A DNA stretch of 64,000 bases from an uncultured Chloroflexia bacterium (GCA_963751345.1 CAVVUS010000011.1:1-64000); one strand, 5' to 3'. Counted from the first letter of the stretch, positions 40,407 to 52,523 are shown. Notes: generated by a model not told the origin, from the letters alone. Program-made: numbers and translations.

Positions 40407-43010
40407 CTACCCAATCGCATGGACGTAACCGTCTGCTGCAAGCACGAAGACCTTGTCGCGGTAGATGCAGAGCGTGGCTTCCTCGACGCGGTGTCCCAGC
40501 TTGTAGATCCACAGTGGCTTGCCGGTCTCCTCGTCGAGACAGTAGAAGAATGGGGAGTTCCCTGATGCGATGTAGACTCGACCACTCGCAACAGCCGGCG
40601 CCGACAGGCCTCCACCGTCCGGATGCGTCCACAGGATCTCGGCGGTCTCGGGATCGACACAGTAAACCGTGGAGAATAGCGGAACGCCGTGGAGCCCGAT
40701 TCCGCCGCGTGCCGAGAAGAATGCGCGACCGCCGTGAAAGGCAGGTGTAGCATTGAAGTCGGAGAACGTGCCTTTCTCCTCGTCGCTGGTGTTTCCGTCG
40801 TTCAGAATCTCGCCTGTTGCTCCATCCAAAACCTTGAAGATGTTGCGATGGTGGGGGAGGTAGACCTTACCATCGAATGCGATAAGCGTGCCTGAGTCGA
40901 GGGCGACGCCGTTGGCCTTCCATACGACCTCACCCGTGTTTCTGTGGAACGCGTAGATGGATCGGCTCCACGAGCCAAAGTAGACGAGGTCGCCGTCGAT
41001 AGCCGGTTCTGCCGGGATCGACTTCGCGGTTGGGAACATCCACACGATGTGGCCTGTCTCTGCGTCGAGACAGACGGCGTACCCACTCACGGTGGGCACG
41101 TAGACCAGGCCCTCATATACCATTGCCGATCCCCAGACCCAACCGCCCGGAAGCGTCTGTTTCCAGATCAGCGACCCATCCTCCGCATCGATACAGTAGA
41201 AGAACCGTTCTCCGCCTTGCTGACCGGCAAAGATTCTCCCATCAGCACAAGCAGGTCCCACCGAGATCGCGGCTCCCATCTCGAACTTCCAGATCTCCTC
41301 CCCCGTTTCGGCATTCGCAGCATGAAGGAATCCAGACGGGGTGCCGAAGAACAGCTTCCCTCGATAGGCTGTGGGTTTCGATTGATAGTAGGTGCCACCA
41401 GACAGCTGGTCAGTGAAGATACGTTGACCGGTGCTGTCGACGAATGCGTTGAGCGTGCTCTTCTCCCATAGTCTCTGTCCATCGGGCGACAGGCAGGTGA
41501 GCATGAGGTTGCTATCGCTAATCAGCAGACGGTCTTCAGCGTACACGATATCCGCGTAGATCGGATGGGTGCTGACAGCTTTCGACCAGGAGAGCGCGCC
41601 GGCACTGTCGCCGGACGCGTTGATACAATGGAGCTTTCCGTCCACAGTCGCGACGAGTACACTGTCGCCTAGGGCGACGGGTCTTGCCCGGACCCAATCA
41701 GAGGTCTCTGTTTCCCAGGCAACGGCACCTGTTTCAGCGTCCAGCGCGTAGACGCGCTTGTTGGCAGCGCCGACATAGACGTACTCGCCGTGAACGAGTG
41801 GCGTGGAGAAGTGTTTGCGGGCGCGGTGTTCTACCGGATCAACACGCCTTTCCCAAATGAGTGTGCCGGTCTTCTCATCAAGGCAGTAGATTGAACCACT
41901 GTTACAGCCGAAGAAGACCCGCCCATTCGCAAGCTCTACTTGCGTATTCACGGCACCCGATGCCTTGAAGGTCCACGTGACGCGATCGTCAGAGCGCACG
42001 CTGTCGAGCTTCAGAGCATAGAGATAACCTTCCATCGTGCCGACGATTGCTGTGTCCTGTGTTACGACCGGCTCAGCCAGAGCGTCGACGTCCCCGACGT
42101 TGAAATCCCACAGCCATGCATCGTTGTTGAGATCTGCGCAGATGAGGCGGTTGAAGTTCTGGCAGATCGCCGGAGATCCGTAAATCTCGTGTACGCCGAA
42201 CGGATAGACCATGTAGGTGCCGTTCGTCGCGACTGATGCGTACTGAGTCCGGTAGTCCACGTGCCCGGCGTATTTCCGATACAGCACTCTGCCGGTCGCT
42301 TTGTCCAGGTAGACCAGGTTCTTGGCTTGCCCCTGGTCTCCGCCGTGACTGTTGACCTCTCTCAGAACGATTCGGTCATCGAGAACTAGAGGTGTTGAGG
42401 CAATGGCAGGGTACTTGTAGATGCCGAGTAGCGGATGCTCCTGGGTCGACTTCCAGATTTCCTCGCCTGTTTCGAGGTCGAGGCAGAAGCTTGTCGTGTG
42501 CATGCCCGGCGAGGCAACATAGACTCTTCCGTCCTCGATGACCGGCCGTGCATACCAACCGAGGCCGACGGGGAATCTCCATAGGCCTCGTCCATACCGA
42601 GGTCCCGGAGCCTTGGTGTATCCCGTGTGGTGGATGTTGCCCTGAAACATGGGCCACTCTGCCTCTATATCCCCTCCCTCCGGGAAATCTGAAGCGTCGC
42701 CCGTGCTCGGCGTGGCGATGGGCCCCTGCTGGATGAGTCGGGACTGGATGGCTTCCATCACGTGATAGCCCTCGTCGATGAGGGTAGTCAGTTCGTGCAG
42801 CAGCAACGTGCGTTCGGCGTCCGAAGCTTGCGCGACTCGTGCCTCTAGCGGATGGTAGCGTCTGTCCACCCCTGCAAACGGCCGGGTATCCGCCCCCTGC
42901 TGTTGCAGGGCACCCAGCCACATGTAGAGCAGCAGCGCTCGCCGTTGGTAGTTGTCTTCACGTGCCGGCGATGACGTGACGTTCGTGACGCATCGCATCG
43001 ATATCGGCAC
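40407..43010 (-). CDS. PQQ-binding-like (BamB-type) beta-propeller repeat protein
   Basis: WPMFQGN followed by many repeats such as ALDAETGAVAW and CLDEKTGTLIW; 5' end possibly truncated. Confidence 0.85.
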   Translation of the reverse strand: MPISMRCVTNVTSSPAREDNYQRRALLLYMWLGALQQQGADTRPFAGVDRRYHPLEARVAQASDAERTLLLHELTTLIDEGYHVMEAIQSRLIQQGPIATPSTGDASDFPEGGDIEAEWPMFQGNIHHTGYTKAPGPRYGRGLWRFPVGLGWYARPVIEDGRVYVASPGMHTTSFCLDLETGEEIWKSTQEHPLLGIYKYPAIASTPLVLDDRIVLREVNSHGGDQGQAKNLVYLDKATGRVLYRKYAGHVDYRTQYASVATNGTYMVYPFGVHEIYGSPAICQNFNRLICADLNNDAWLWDFNVGDVDALAEPVVTQDTAIVGTMEGYLYALKLDSVRSDDRVTWTFKASGAVNTQVELANGRVFFGCNSGSIYCLDEKTGTLIWERRVDPVEHRARKHFSTPLVHGEYVYVGAANKRVYALDAETGAVAWETETSDWVRARPVALGDSVLVATVDGKLHCINASGDSAGALSWSKAVSTHPIYADIVYAEDRLLISDSNLMLTCLSPDGQRLWEKSTLNAFVDSTGQRIFTDQLSGGTYYQSKPTAYRGKLFFGTPSGFLHAANAETGEEIWKFEMGAAISVGPACADGRIFAGQQGGERFFYCIDAEDGSLIWKQTLPGGWVWGSAMVYEGLVYVPTVSGYAVCLDAETGHIVWMFPTAKSIPAEPAIDGDLVYFGSWSRSIYAFHRNTGEVVWKANGVALDSGTLIAFDGKVYLPHHRNIFKVLDGATGEILNDGNTSDEEKGTFSDFNATPAFHGGRAFFSARGGIGLHGVPLFSTVYCVDPETAEILWTHPDGGGLSAPAVASGRVYIASGNSPFFYCLDEETGKPLWIYKLGHRVEEATLCIYRDKVFVLAADGYVHAIG

Positions 43011-43086
43011 TTCCGCTCGAGTAGGTTGGCGGTTTCTGGTTGCCGGAATGAGTGGTCGATTTCACGGCGTCCTCCTTCATCAGCAT

Positions 43087-43332
43087 TCACCTGCATGCCA
43101 GGTAGATCATCTTGCGATACTGCGTGTGCGCTGCGCCGTGGAACGATACTTCGCCTTTCCAATCGTAGCACTCAGGATCGTCAAGTACCGCTTTGCACGC
43201 CTCCATCACGTTGACCAACATGGTTGTGCCCACGTCGACAGGACCGTGCCCTGGATACAGGCCGTCGAACTCATCCATACGAGCGGTGATCTTTACGAGC
43301 TCGTTGTAGAGTCCCTCAACCGAAGCGTAGTT
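43087..43332 (-). pseudogene. C-terminal fragment of an MBL-fold hydrolase
   Basis: DEFDGLYPGHG motif; joined in frame to the methyltransferase through a 37-bp repeat. Confidence 0.55.
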
Positions 43333-43369
43333 TGGTCTTCCCCCGAAAACGTGGACAGTCAATTGAAAG
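43333..43369 (+). repeat. 37-bp IS3-end-like direct repeat A
   Basis: TGGTCTTCCCCCGAAAACGTGGACAGTCAATTGAAAG; 30/37 identical to 44037-44073. Confidence 0.8.
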
Positions 43370-44034
43370 GACCACCGCTCACGCAGCCTCATCCCGGCCA
43401 GTTGCGCCATCAGATCCAGTTCCGCAGGCCAGACGTAGCGAAATGGTATGGACATGTGCTCCCACCTGCCATCAATGATCTCGAAGTGATGCGAAATCAG
43501 GCCCTGCTCCGCGATATCGTATTCATCAAACCCCAATCGGGTCTCGCTGAGTCTGAAAGGACGAACCCGCTCACCTGGCGGCAGGCGCTGCAGGTCTGGC
43601 AGAAGGACCTCAATCACAAAGCATCCGCCTGGAACCAGGTGCGCTGCGGCGTTGCGGAAGCATGCGACCTGCGCCGCCTGCGTCGTCAGGTTCATGATCG
43701 TATTGAAGACCAAGTATGCGACAGAGAACGCCCCACCGGCGCTCGCCGTCGAGAAATCGCCTATCGTGATGCCGATGCTCTCGCTGCCGGGCTTCTCGCG
43801 TAGGCGTGCCACCATCGCTTCCGACATATCGATGCCATGGACAGACACGCCGCGCTGTGCAAGCGGTAAAGCGATCCGTCCCGTGCCGATACCAAACTCC
43901 AGCGCACGCCCTTGCCCAGCGAGTGCCGCAAGGAAATCCACGGTCGGGATGACCACGGCGGGGTCGAACATCTCCGCTGAGGATTCGTCGTATCGAGCAG
44001 CCACACGTTCATCGAAATACCCGTCATCGTTCAT
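43370..44034 (-). CDS. Class I SAM-dependent methyltransferase (3' end replaced)
   Basis: ALEFGIGTGRIALPLA, GIDMSEAM, YLVFNTIMNLTTQ, RYVWPAELDLMAQLAG; ends at RERW. Confidence 0.85.
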
Positions 44035-44036
44035 TT

Positions 44037-44073
44037 TGAGCCTCCCCTGAAAATGTGGACGGTCAACTGAAAG
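44037..44073 (+). repeat. 37-bp IS3-end-like direct repeat B
   Basis: TGAGCCTCCCCTGAAAATGTGGACGGTCAACTGAAAG. Confidence 0.8.
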
Positions 44074-44212
44074 AATGATACATCAGGGAGACTCTCTTGG
44101 ACATCAAAGCCTCCGGAGAATTGCCCTCTCCCCCTTCCGGTGTATCATCCGGCGAGTTTGTCGTGTGCGCCAACCCATCATCTGATACCTGTGATAGACC
44201 GGAGGATACTCA

Positions 44213-44623
44213 ATGTCCAGCGAGAGCAAAAACACAATCGTCAAGACCTGTGGATTACACCACGTGACCATTCAAACGCGGGATTGGGAAGCGTCCCTGC
44301 ACCTGTATAAGGAAGTCCTGGGTATGCAGGTTGCCGCGGAGTTTGGTCCAGAAGAGCGCCGCATGATGCTGCTTGATGTGGGCGATGGCAGCCACATCGA
44401 GTTGATCGCCCCAACGGGGGATAACTCGGCCGTGGGCAGCGATCTGCTGACCCATTTCGCTCTCGCCACAGCCGACGTCGCTGCGTCCATCGAGCCCGTC
44501 CGTGAGGCGGGGTATGAAGTGACGATGGAAGTGAAAGACGTCACGCTGGGCGACATGGAGGCGACGGTGGCTTTCTTCAAGGGCCCGAACGGCGAGTTGG
44601 TCGAGTTCTTCAAGACGCGGTAG
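44213..44623 (+). CDS. VOC/glyoxalase family protein
   Basis: GLHHVTI, HIELI, THFAL, FFKGPNGELVEF; SD GGAGG; TTGCCC-16-TATCAT at 44121-44148. Confidence 0.9.
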   Translation: MSSESKNTIVKTCGLHHVTIQTRDWEASLHLYKEVLGMQVAAEFGPEERRMMLLDVGDGSHIELIAPTGDNSAVGSDLLTHFALATADVAASIEPVREAGYEVTMEVKDVTLGDMEATVAFFKGPNGELVEFFKTR

Positions 44624-44883
44624 CGAGCGTCCAGCGGTTCCGGCTTGTACGACGTGGCTGGGCCGTTCTGCCGCAACCTGAGGTGTTCGCGAGCCATCCG
44701 ATATAGCGGATGGCTCGTCTGTATTATTTACCAGGCCATGTGCTGGTGGTCAGTCAAATCGAGGTTTCCGTCCTGGTCAGTGTCTTGGTGAACCATCGAG
44801 CAGGTGTAACTTTCATGCAGGCGCAGGGCGTAAGGTGACGTGGCTCAAAGACACCGAGGGCTTTCGCGGCTTGTTCAGATGGG

Positions 44884-45700
44884 TTATTCGGCGGCCCGGA
44901 GGCCCAGGATGATTCGGACGATCTCGGCGAAACCTTCGCCGCCTTCCTTGCTCGCGACGTAGGCAGGGAGGTGGGTCATGCGCCCGGAGAAGTTGAGGAC
45001 GTTCTTCACGCCGGCAGCGTGAGGGAAATACGCGAACATGGGTTCGTCGTTGGGGGAATCCCCGCAGAAGATGAAGCGGTCCTTGCAGTCATCCAGCTCG
45101 AGGCCCCATAGCTCCAACGCAAGGAGCTTCGTCATGCCCAGCTTGTTGTAGTTGCCAAACCAGCCATTGACGTGGACCGACGACACCTTGCAGGTGGCGC
45201 CGTGTTCGTGAAAGATGTCGCAGATGCTTTGTACCTCGTCCCAGGGCAGGGGGGGCACGTCCTCACAGTAGTCGATGGCCAGGTCGGTCTCTCTGTAGGG
45301 CTGGTCGCTGGCGAGAGCCGTGCCCGGAACAGAAGTCAGGATCTCTTCTCCCACCGCGCTCAGGCGACGGCGCTTCTCCTCCCGCACAGGATCGGGGTCC
45401 ATGAATCGCCGCTTTGACCCTCTTCTCCTGCCGGTCGTACCAGAAATAGAGAGCGCCGTTCTCGCCCACGACCCCATCCACCGGCCACATACGCGCGATG
45501 TGATCGCACCATCCGGCGGGCCGCCCGGTGATCGGCACGACGCGCAGCCCCGCATCCTTGAGAGACCAGAGGGCCTGAAACGCCTCGGGTGGTATCTTTC
45601 CGTGCGTCGTGAAGGTGTCGTCAATGTCGAAGAAGACGCCCAGCAGGTCTCCGGCGATCTCCGGGGGGAAGTCTCGTATCGGCGTCATCGTGGTTTCCAT
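44884..45700 (-). CDS. HAD-IIB family hydrolase (frameshift near 45420)
   Basis: FFDIDDT, ITGRPAGW, GENG, SSVHVNGWFG, CGDSPND. Confidence 0.88.
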
Positions 45701-45824
45701 TCACTCATAGGGTAGATTGTACTGCCCGATACCCCGGACTTCAAGCCGGCCGGTTTGTCACCTCGAACGCCGGCCCCAAAGTGGACCGCTTTCTGATGTA
45801 TACTGTCCGGAGCGAGGAGGGCAT

Positions 45825-48800
45825 ATGTCGACTGAACAACACATCATTGATCCTCATGATTTCTCAACAGAGACCGGTACGCTGAGGCCCGGTGAATCCG
45901 ATTTCCGCAGCGAGATCTGTCTCAACGGGAGATGGGATTTTCAGCCGGTCGAGCTGCCCGACGGCTTCAAGGCGGGCGAGTCCATTCCCGAGTTGCCTCT
46001 GCCACAGCCGGACAAATGGGACAGCGTGAAGCTGAAGGTGCCGTCCCCTTGGAATATCAACGGCTTCGTGGACCAAGACGGCATTCCGGGCGGGGACTTC
46101 AACTGCTACCCCAGCTATCCCGAAAGCTGGAAGCATGTCAAGATGGGCTGGCTGAGACGCTCACTGCGGGTGCCGGAGGGCTGGGAGGGGCAAAGCATCC
46201 TGCTGCACTTCGAGGCCGTGTGCGGATACTGCCAGGTAACCATCGATGGGCGCAAAGTCGGCGAGCATTTCGATAACAGCATGCCGAAGTCATACGCGAT
46301 TGACGATTTCGTCACGCCGGGGAAAGACCACGAGTTATGCGTGGGTATCCGCGCGCCCGAGCTTATGAACGTCAACCATGGTCCCACCAAGTATACGTAC
46401 CCGACCGGGTCCTTCTTCAACATGAACACCGCGGGTATCTGGCAGGATGTGACGTTGCTGGCTGTTCCAAAGGTGCGCCTCAAGGACGTCTATGTACAAC
46501 CTGACGTCTCGGCCGACCGGCTGAGGATCCAGGTGACCGTTGAAAATCGAAGCGGCCAGACTGCCAGTGCTGGCCGTCAACGGCGTGGTGAGGGCGCTGA
46601 AGCCCTTCTCAATGCCGGACGACGGCATCCGGATTGTCCCTCACTATGACCTGGAGGATGACTCTGTCGTTGACCTACCCGGAGGACAGATCACGGTTGA
46701 AGCGGATGCGGAAGCCGTCCTGACCCTGGAGGCGGAGGTCGCCGGGAAGCTCCTCGAGATGGGACACGGACGCCCCCAACCTCTATGCGAGTCTCGTCAC
46801 CTTGGAGGTGGACGGGAAGGCCATCGACCGGAAGTACGCGCGCTTCGGCTGGCGGGAGTTCAAGATCAAGGGCGAGGACTTCTACCTGAATGACCGGAAG
46901 ATCCGGATCAAGGGTGATTCGTGGCACTTCATGGGCATTCCGCAGCTCACGCGGCGGTACGCCTATGCGTGGTACCGGGCACTGAAGGACGCCGGTGGCA
47001 ATGGGGTCCGTCTCCACGCGATGCCGTATCCCACCTTCTACCTGGAGGTGGCAGACGAGATGGGTGTCTGCGTCCTGGATGAGAGCGCGATATGGGCAAG
47101 CCATTGTGCTTTCAACTATGATGAACCCGTCACCTGGGAGCGTTTCTACGCTCACGTGACCAGCCTGGTCCTGCGGGATCGCAATCATCCCTCGGTGATG
47201 GGCTGGAGTGTTGAGAATGAGATACGGATGGCTCTTGCTCGCTATTCCCCGACCGAAGAGACTCTGAACAGTGATGCAGGAGAAGGTCGGCAAGATGCTG
47301 GACATCGTCCGGGAGCTCGATCCCACCCGGGACTGGATCAGCGCAGACGGCTCGCTCGATTGGTTCGGGCGATTCCCAACCTGTATGATCCACTATGCAC
47401 CCGAAGGAGATGTACCAGTACGCAAGGGATGAGGCCGGCAAACCTGTGGGGGTAGGGGAGGGGACGATTGCGTATTTCGGCACGCCGGTCCACGCCTCAG
47501 CGTTTGCCGGTGATCTGGCTTTCCACAGTATCGAAGATCGGATGAAAGGGGTTGCGGTCGAAGCCTATGGCGATCTGAAGGCCCAGCTCCTGGCAGACTT
47601 CAGCTACCTGAGTGTCTTCAACCTGGCCTGGTACGGCCTCAAGCCCCTGCCGCTCGGCCACGCGAATCAGGAGCATGCGCCAACGGTTGACAACGGTATT
47701 CGTGTTTGGTCCCTATCAGGAGGGAAAGCCGGGCGTGCAGCCCGAACGGTTGGGCCCCTACTGCAGCACCTTCAATCCGGGATACGATCCCGCCCTGCCG
47801 CTCTATGCCACGTGGCCGCTGTACGATGCGATCAAGGCGGTCTTTTCGCCGGGCGGTCCCTTGCCATCACCCTATGAAGAAGTGATGGCGTCGCCACCGA
47901 GGAAGCCCCTGCCGCAGGTCGACAAGCCCGAACCTGTGGCGTTCTTGGGTGACCCCAACAGCGTCATCTATCAGGGCCTGGAGGCTTCCGGCATCAGATT
48001 CAGTGAGCGACGCAGCCGGCACCTTTGTCTTTGCCGATCTGGCCTCCATGTCTCCGGAGCAGGAGGAGGCTTTGAAAACCAGGATGGAGGAGCTGAAATC
48101 GAGCGGCGGCACAGTTGTGTTGTCCGGATTGACCCCTGCCTCTGAGCCACTGTTGGAGGACCTTGTTGGTGAGAGGGTCGGGATATTCGCGCGGGAAGCC
48201 TCCTCCTTGGTCTTTGCCGGGGAGTACGCCGACACGGATCCTATCGTCGATCACTTCCGCCTGCAGGAACTCTATTTCTCCGAGGCGGAGGACTACGTCA
48301 TCCAGCGCTACGGCATTCGTAGCGATGACGCTCAAAGCGCAAAGGCGCTCCTCAAGGCATGTAGCTGCGATTGGCGGATGTGGAACCGCCGCGGTGAAGC
48401 CTCGAAGACCGGGGCTCTCTACCGGAGCGAGAAGGAGTTGCCGGAGGCCAATGCCTTGGTCCAACTCCACGTCGGCAGCGCCAGGCTGCTGCTCTGCACG
48501 ATAGAAATGACGGGAGATCCTTCAGCTCCAAAACTGCGGCTCTCATCGGCCAGAAAGTCTCTGTGGAACAGGCTCCTGAAGGCTGCCGGTGCTGAGGTCA
48601 GTGACGATTTCGGCAAAGAAGCCCACGCCCTGGAAGGGGACAGCATCGTCCGGGTTCTGGCCGCGGGTTTCCTGGGAGGGCACAGCAGTGAGCATCTGCT
48701 GGATCACGACCTTCTGGGCGGGGAAAGCCAAGTCGCGCCCGCGCAAGGCGACGCGATCATTCGAGGTGATTTCACGACCCATTGGCAGGTCGAGCGCGCC

Positions 48801-49175
48801 GACTCCGACGGGTTCCACTTCGGGGAGATGGCGTTCAACGGACCTAAGGAGAACTCAGCCGGCTATATGAGTTTCTATCTGAACAGCCCCCGTCGGATCG
48901 ACGATCTGCTGAGCGAGCCCAACGTCCCCGAACTCTATCTGAATCTGGAGACGGCTTGCGCTGTCCGCGTATGGTTGAACGGCGAGGAGATTCTCACACA
49001 AGCGGCGGCTTCGGCGGACCCGGTCGACATCCGGGCGCGTCTGCTCTTGGGACAGGGGAGCAACCACCTCCTGATCAAGGTCGTGAATACAAACACGGAT
49101 TACGTGGTCAGGGCAACCCTGTCGTCGTCACACAAGGATTACATCGACAGCCTCGATAGCTCCGTCGAGCGATAG
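45825..49175 (+). CDS. Glycoside hydrolase family 2 protein, multiple frameshifts
   Basis: ICLNGRWDF, LLHFEAV, GIWQDV, FGWREF, FYLND, VRLHAMP, RDRNHPSVMGWSVENE spread over five or more frame segments. Confidence 0.85.
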
Positions 49176-49259
49176 AGGTGCTACTCAGCGAGGAAAGAAA
49201 CAGCCGCCCCTCAACAATGTTGAGGGGCGGCCGGCAATGCTCCTGATGTCTGGGACCTG

Positions 49260-51362
49260 CTACCGCATGCGCTGCACCCGCTCGCGGCGGGCCTCGATGA
49301 TCTCCGCCGCCCGGTCCTCGGGCACCGGCGCATAGTGCGCGAAGGCCATCGTGAATTGTCCGCGCCCGCTGGTCAGGGAGCGCAGCGCCGTCACGTAGCC
49401 GAACATCCGACTCAGCGGCACGGTGGCCTCGATCTCGTACCCCGCCGCCTCCACCACTAACTGCATCTGCGACACGCGCCCGCCCCGCGCAGAGACGTCG
49501 GCGACGGCGGGGCCCACGTAGGCCTCCGGCACCCGCGTCGTGACCGCCATCACGGGCTCCAACAGGATGGGGCGGGCACGCTGGTACGCGCGCTTGAACG
49601 CCATACTGGCCGCGATCTCGAAGTCGCGGCTGTGGGAGTCCACCTCGTGGACTCGCCCGCCGGTCAGGACGACCTGGACGTCGACCACGGGGTAGGCGGC
49701 CAGCGGTCCCTCCTCCATCGCGCCCTGGATGCCGCGCTCGATGGCGCGCTCGAACGCCGGGGGAATCTCCAGGGGCGGCGCGCGGTTCTCGAGAACAAAG
49801 CCCGATCCGCGCTCGCCGGGGACGAGGGCCAACCGCACCACGGCGTAGTGGCCCGAGCCGCCGGTCTGGTGGATGTAGCGGCCCTCCGCGCGGGCGCGCC
49901 GGGTTGCCGTCTCCTGGTAGGCGGCCTGGGGCGGCGCCATCGCGCACGGCACCTTGAACTCGCGCTGCACCCGATCCGCGAGAATCTCCAGGTGCAGCTC
50001 GCCCATCCCGCTGATGACGGTTTGATCTGTCTCGTCGGTCGAACCCCACGGTGAAGGTGGGGTCCTCAGCCGCCAGGTCCTGCAGCGCCCTCATCAGGCG
50101 TTCCTCGTCCATCGGGTCCTGGGGCGTGATGGCCGCCCTGATCACGGGCTTGGGGAACTCGATGGACTCCAGCAGCACCGGGTGCTCGGTGTCGCAGAGT
50201 GTGTCGCCGGTGGCGCTCTCCTTGAGGCCGATCACGCCGACGATGTCGCCCGCGACACAGCGGTCGATGTCCTCGCGCTTGGCGGCGTACATCCGCAGCA
50301 GGCGCCCGATCCGCTGTCCACTCTGCCGGGTGGCGTTGACCACCTGCGTCCCTTTCTCCAGCAGGCCCGAGTAGACCCGCACGTAGCTGAGCCGCCCCAC
50401 GAACGGGATCGCTCACGACCTTGAAGACCAACCCGCAGAAGGGCGCGTCGGGATCGGCGGGGCGCAGCTCCGCGTCCCCGGTCTCGGGGTGGGTGCCCTC
50501 CACCGGGGGGACGTCCGCTGGGCTGGGGAGGTAGCGCACAACCGCGTCCAGCAGCGGCTGCACGCCCTTGTTGTACAACGCGCTGCCGACCAGCACCGGC
50601 ACCAGGGCGTTCGCGATGACGGCGCGGCGCAGGGCGGCGTAGAGCTCGGTCTCGGAAATGGGTTCGTTTCGCAAATAGCGCAGCGTCAGCGCGTCGTCGG
50701 TCTCGGCGATGCGCTCGACCAACTCCCTGCGGGCCTCCTCGACCCCGGCCACGTGGTCGGGGATCTCGCCCTCGGTGGGCGGGGCGCCGGCCTCCCCGGA
50801 GAAGAAGAGCGGCCCGCATCCGGAACAGATCCACGACGCCCACAAAGGCCTCGCCCTCAAAGATCGGTACCTGGACAGGCAGCGGCACCGACGACAGACG
50901 CTCGCGCATCATCGCCAGGGTGCGCGCGAAGTTGGCGCCCGCGCGATCCATCTTGTTGACAAAGCAGATGCGGGGGACGTGATAGCGATCGGCCTGGTGC
51001 CACACCGTCTCGGACTGCGGCTCGACCCCCGCGACCCCGTCGAAGACCACGACGCCGCCGTCGAGGACCCGCAGGCTGCGCTGCACCTCGGCGGTGAAGT
51101 CGATGTGGCCCGGCGTGTCGATGAGGTTGATCTGGGCGTCCTGACCCGTCACGGTGTCTTTCCAGGCCGTGGTGACGGCCGCCGCCGTGATGGTGATGCC
51201 GCGCTCGCGCTCCTGCGCCATCCAGTCGGTGATGGTCGTGCCGTCGTCGACGGAGCCCACGCGGTGCGTGCGCCCCGTGGTGTAGAGCACGCGCTCGGTC
51301 AGCGTGGTCTTGCCCGCGTCGATGTGCGCAATGATGCCGATGTTGCGGATCATGCGAATCAT
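49260..51362 (-). CDS. fusA: Elongation factor G paralog, frameshifted
   Basis: [79 protein letters not shown]. Confidence 0.9.
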
Positions 51363-51477
51363 CTGATTCGTGCGAAGCGAAGGGTTGGGTTTGCTCACAG
51401 TCACTATGGTACCCGCAATCGTGATCGTAGACAAAGGACCAACCAAGAATGGAAGGTTCCTCATGTTTGGCGAAAGA

Positions 51478-51506
51478 TTGCCCCCCTAGGGCAGCAGGCC
51501 TATAAT
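51478..51506 (+). promoter_or_regulatory. Sigma70-like promoter resembling that of repeat copy 6
   Basis: TTGCCC-17-TATAAT, with AGATTGCCCC and AGGCC shared with 12812-12843. Confidence 0.6.
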
Positions 51507-51673
51507 CGGTGCACTTCGCGCCTATTCGTCACTCACCCGAGTCCTGTTCCCTCTTCCACACCGACGATCGGGACCGTCGGATTGAGGCTGACGTCATAGC
51601 CTGGGAGGATCGCTGCGACCCGCAGCCAATGAATTGAGCTTGCTTGTCCTCAGTGCACAGGGAGAGAAACCAC

Positions 51674-52483
51674 GTGAGTCAACAGCAGATTGACGACACT
51701 TACGATCTGGTGGCAGCCGCGTTTGACCGGGTTGAGCCGCGGTTCTTCTCCTACTCAGGGCGCCGCTTGGTCGAATTGGCTCGGGTTCCGAGCGAGGCAA
51801 GTGTCTTGGACGTTGGCGCAGGCCGGGGAGCCGTCCTCCTTCCGGCATCTGAACGGGTGGGGCGGCGAGGGCGAGCCATCGGCGTGGATAGATCTGTTGG
51901 GATGGTGCTTGAGGCTGCGAAGGACGTCAGGCGAGAGGGTATGGGATGGGCAAGACTATGTCAGATGGATGCGGGGTGGTTGGGTTTTGCGGATAGCTCA
52001 TTTGACTACGTGTTCTGTGGACACGCAATCTTCCACTTTCCTGAGGCCGCACGCGAGTTTCACCGGGTCCTGCGGCCCGGAGGTCAGGTGGGGGTGACAA
52101 TCGTGGCCCAGGGGTGTCTTGACTGGATCTTTGAGCTGCTTGGTCACCACTTGCCTGGGGAAGGGCCTGAGGAAGACGAGGTGGATGACGTGGAGAATAT
52201 GCCCATCACGACGCCAGGTGGGCTATCAGAGGTCTTGAGTGGGGCAGGTTTCGAGGGCACTCGGGTGGTTGAAGAAGAGACGGATTTCGTCTATGCGGGC
52301 GAGGCGGCGTGGTGGTCGGTAGTGAGGACGATGGGGGTACGTAGAGTCCTTGAGATGATGGATGCCAGGACGGTGGAACGTTTCAGGGCAGAGCTAGATG
52401 ACTACCTGCAGGCGTTCAAGCGGCCCGACGGCGTACACATTTCGTATCGTGTGCTGTATGCTCTAGCCGGCAAAGCGGGATAA
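51674..52483 (+). CDS. Class I SAM-dependent methyltransferase
   Basis: VLDVGAGRG, GVDRSVGM, FADSSFDYV, EFHRVLRPGG; start uncertain. Confidence 0.85.
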   Translation: MSQQQIDDTYDLVAAAFDRVEPRFFSYSGRRLVELARVPSEASVLDVGAGRGAVLLPASERVGRRGRAIGVDRSVGMVLEAAKDVRREGMGWARLCQMDAGWLGFADSSFDYVFCGHAIFHFPEAAREFHRVLRPGGQVGVTIVAQGCLDWIFELLGHHLPGEGPEEDEVDDVENMPITTPGGLSEVLSGAGFEGTRVVEEETDFVYAGEAAWWSVVRTMGVRRVLEMMDARTVERFRAELDDYLQAFKRPDGVHISYRVLYALAGKAG

Positions 52484-52523
52484 GTGATTGGGAGCGAGTT
52501 CTGCGAGCGTGTGGTACGAATAG

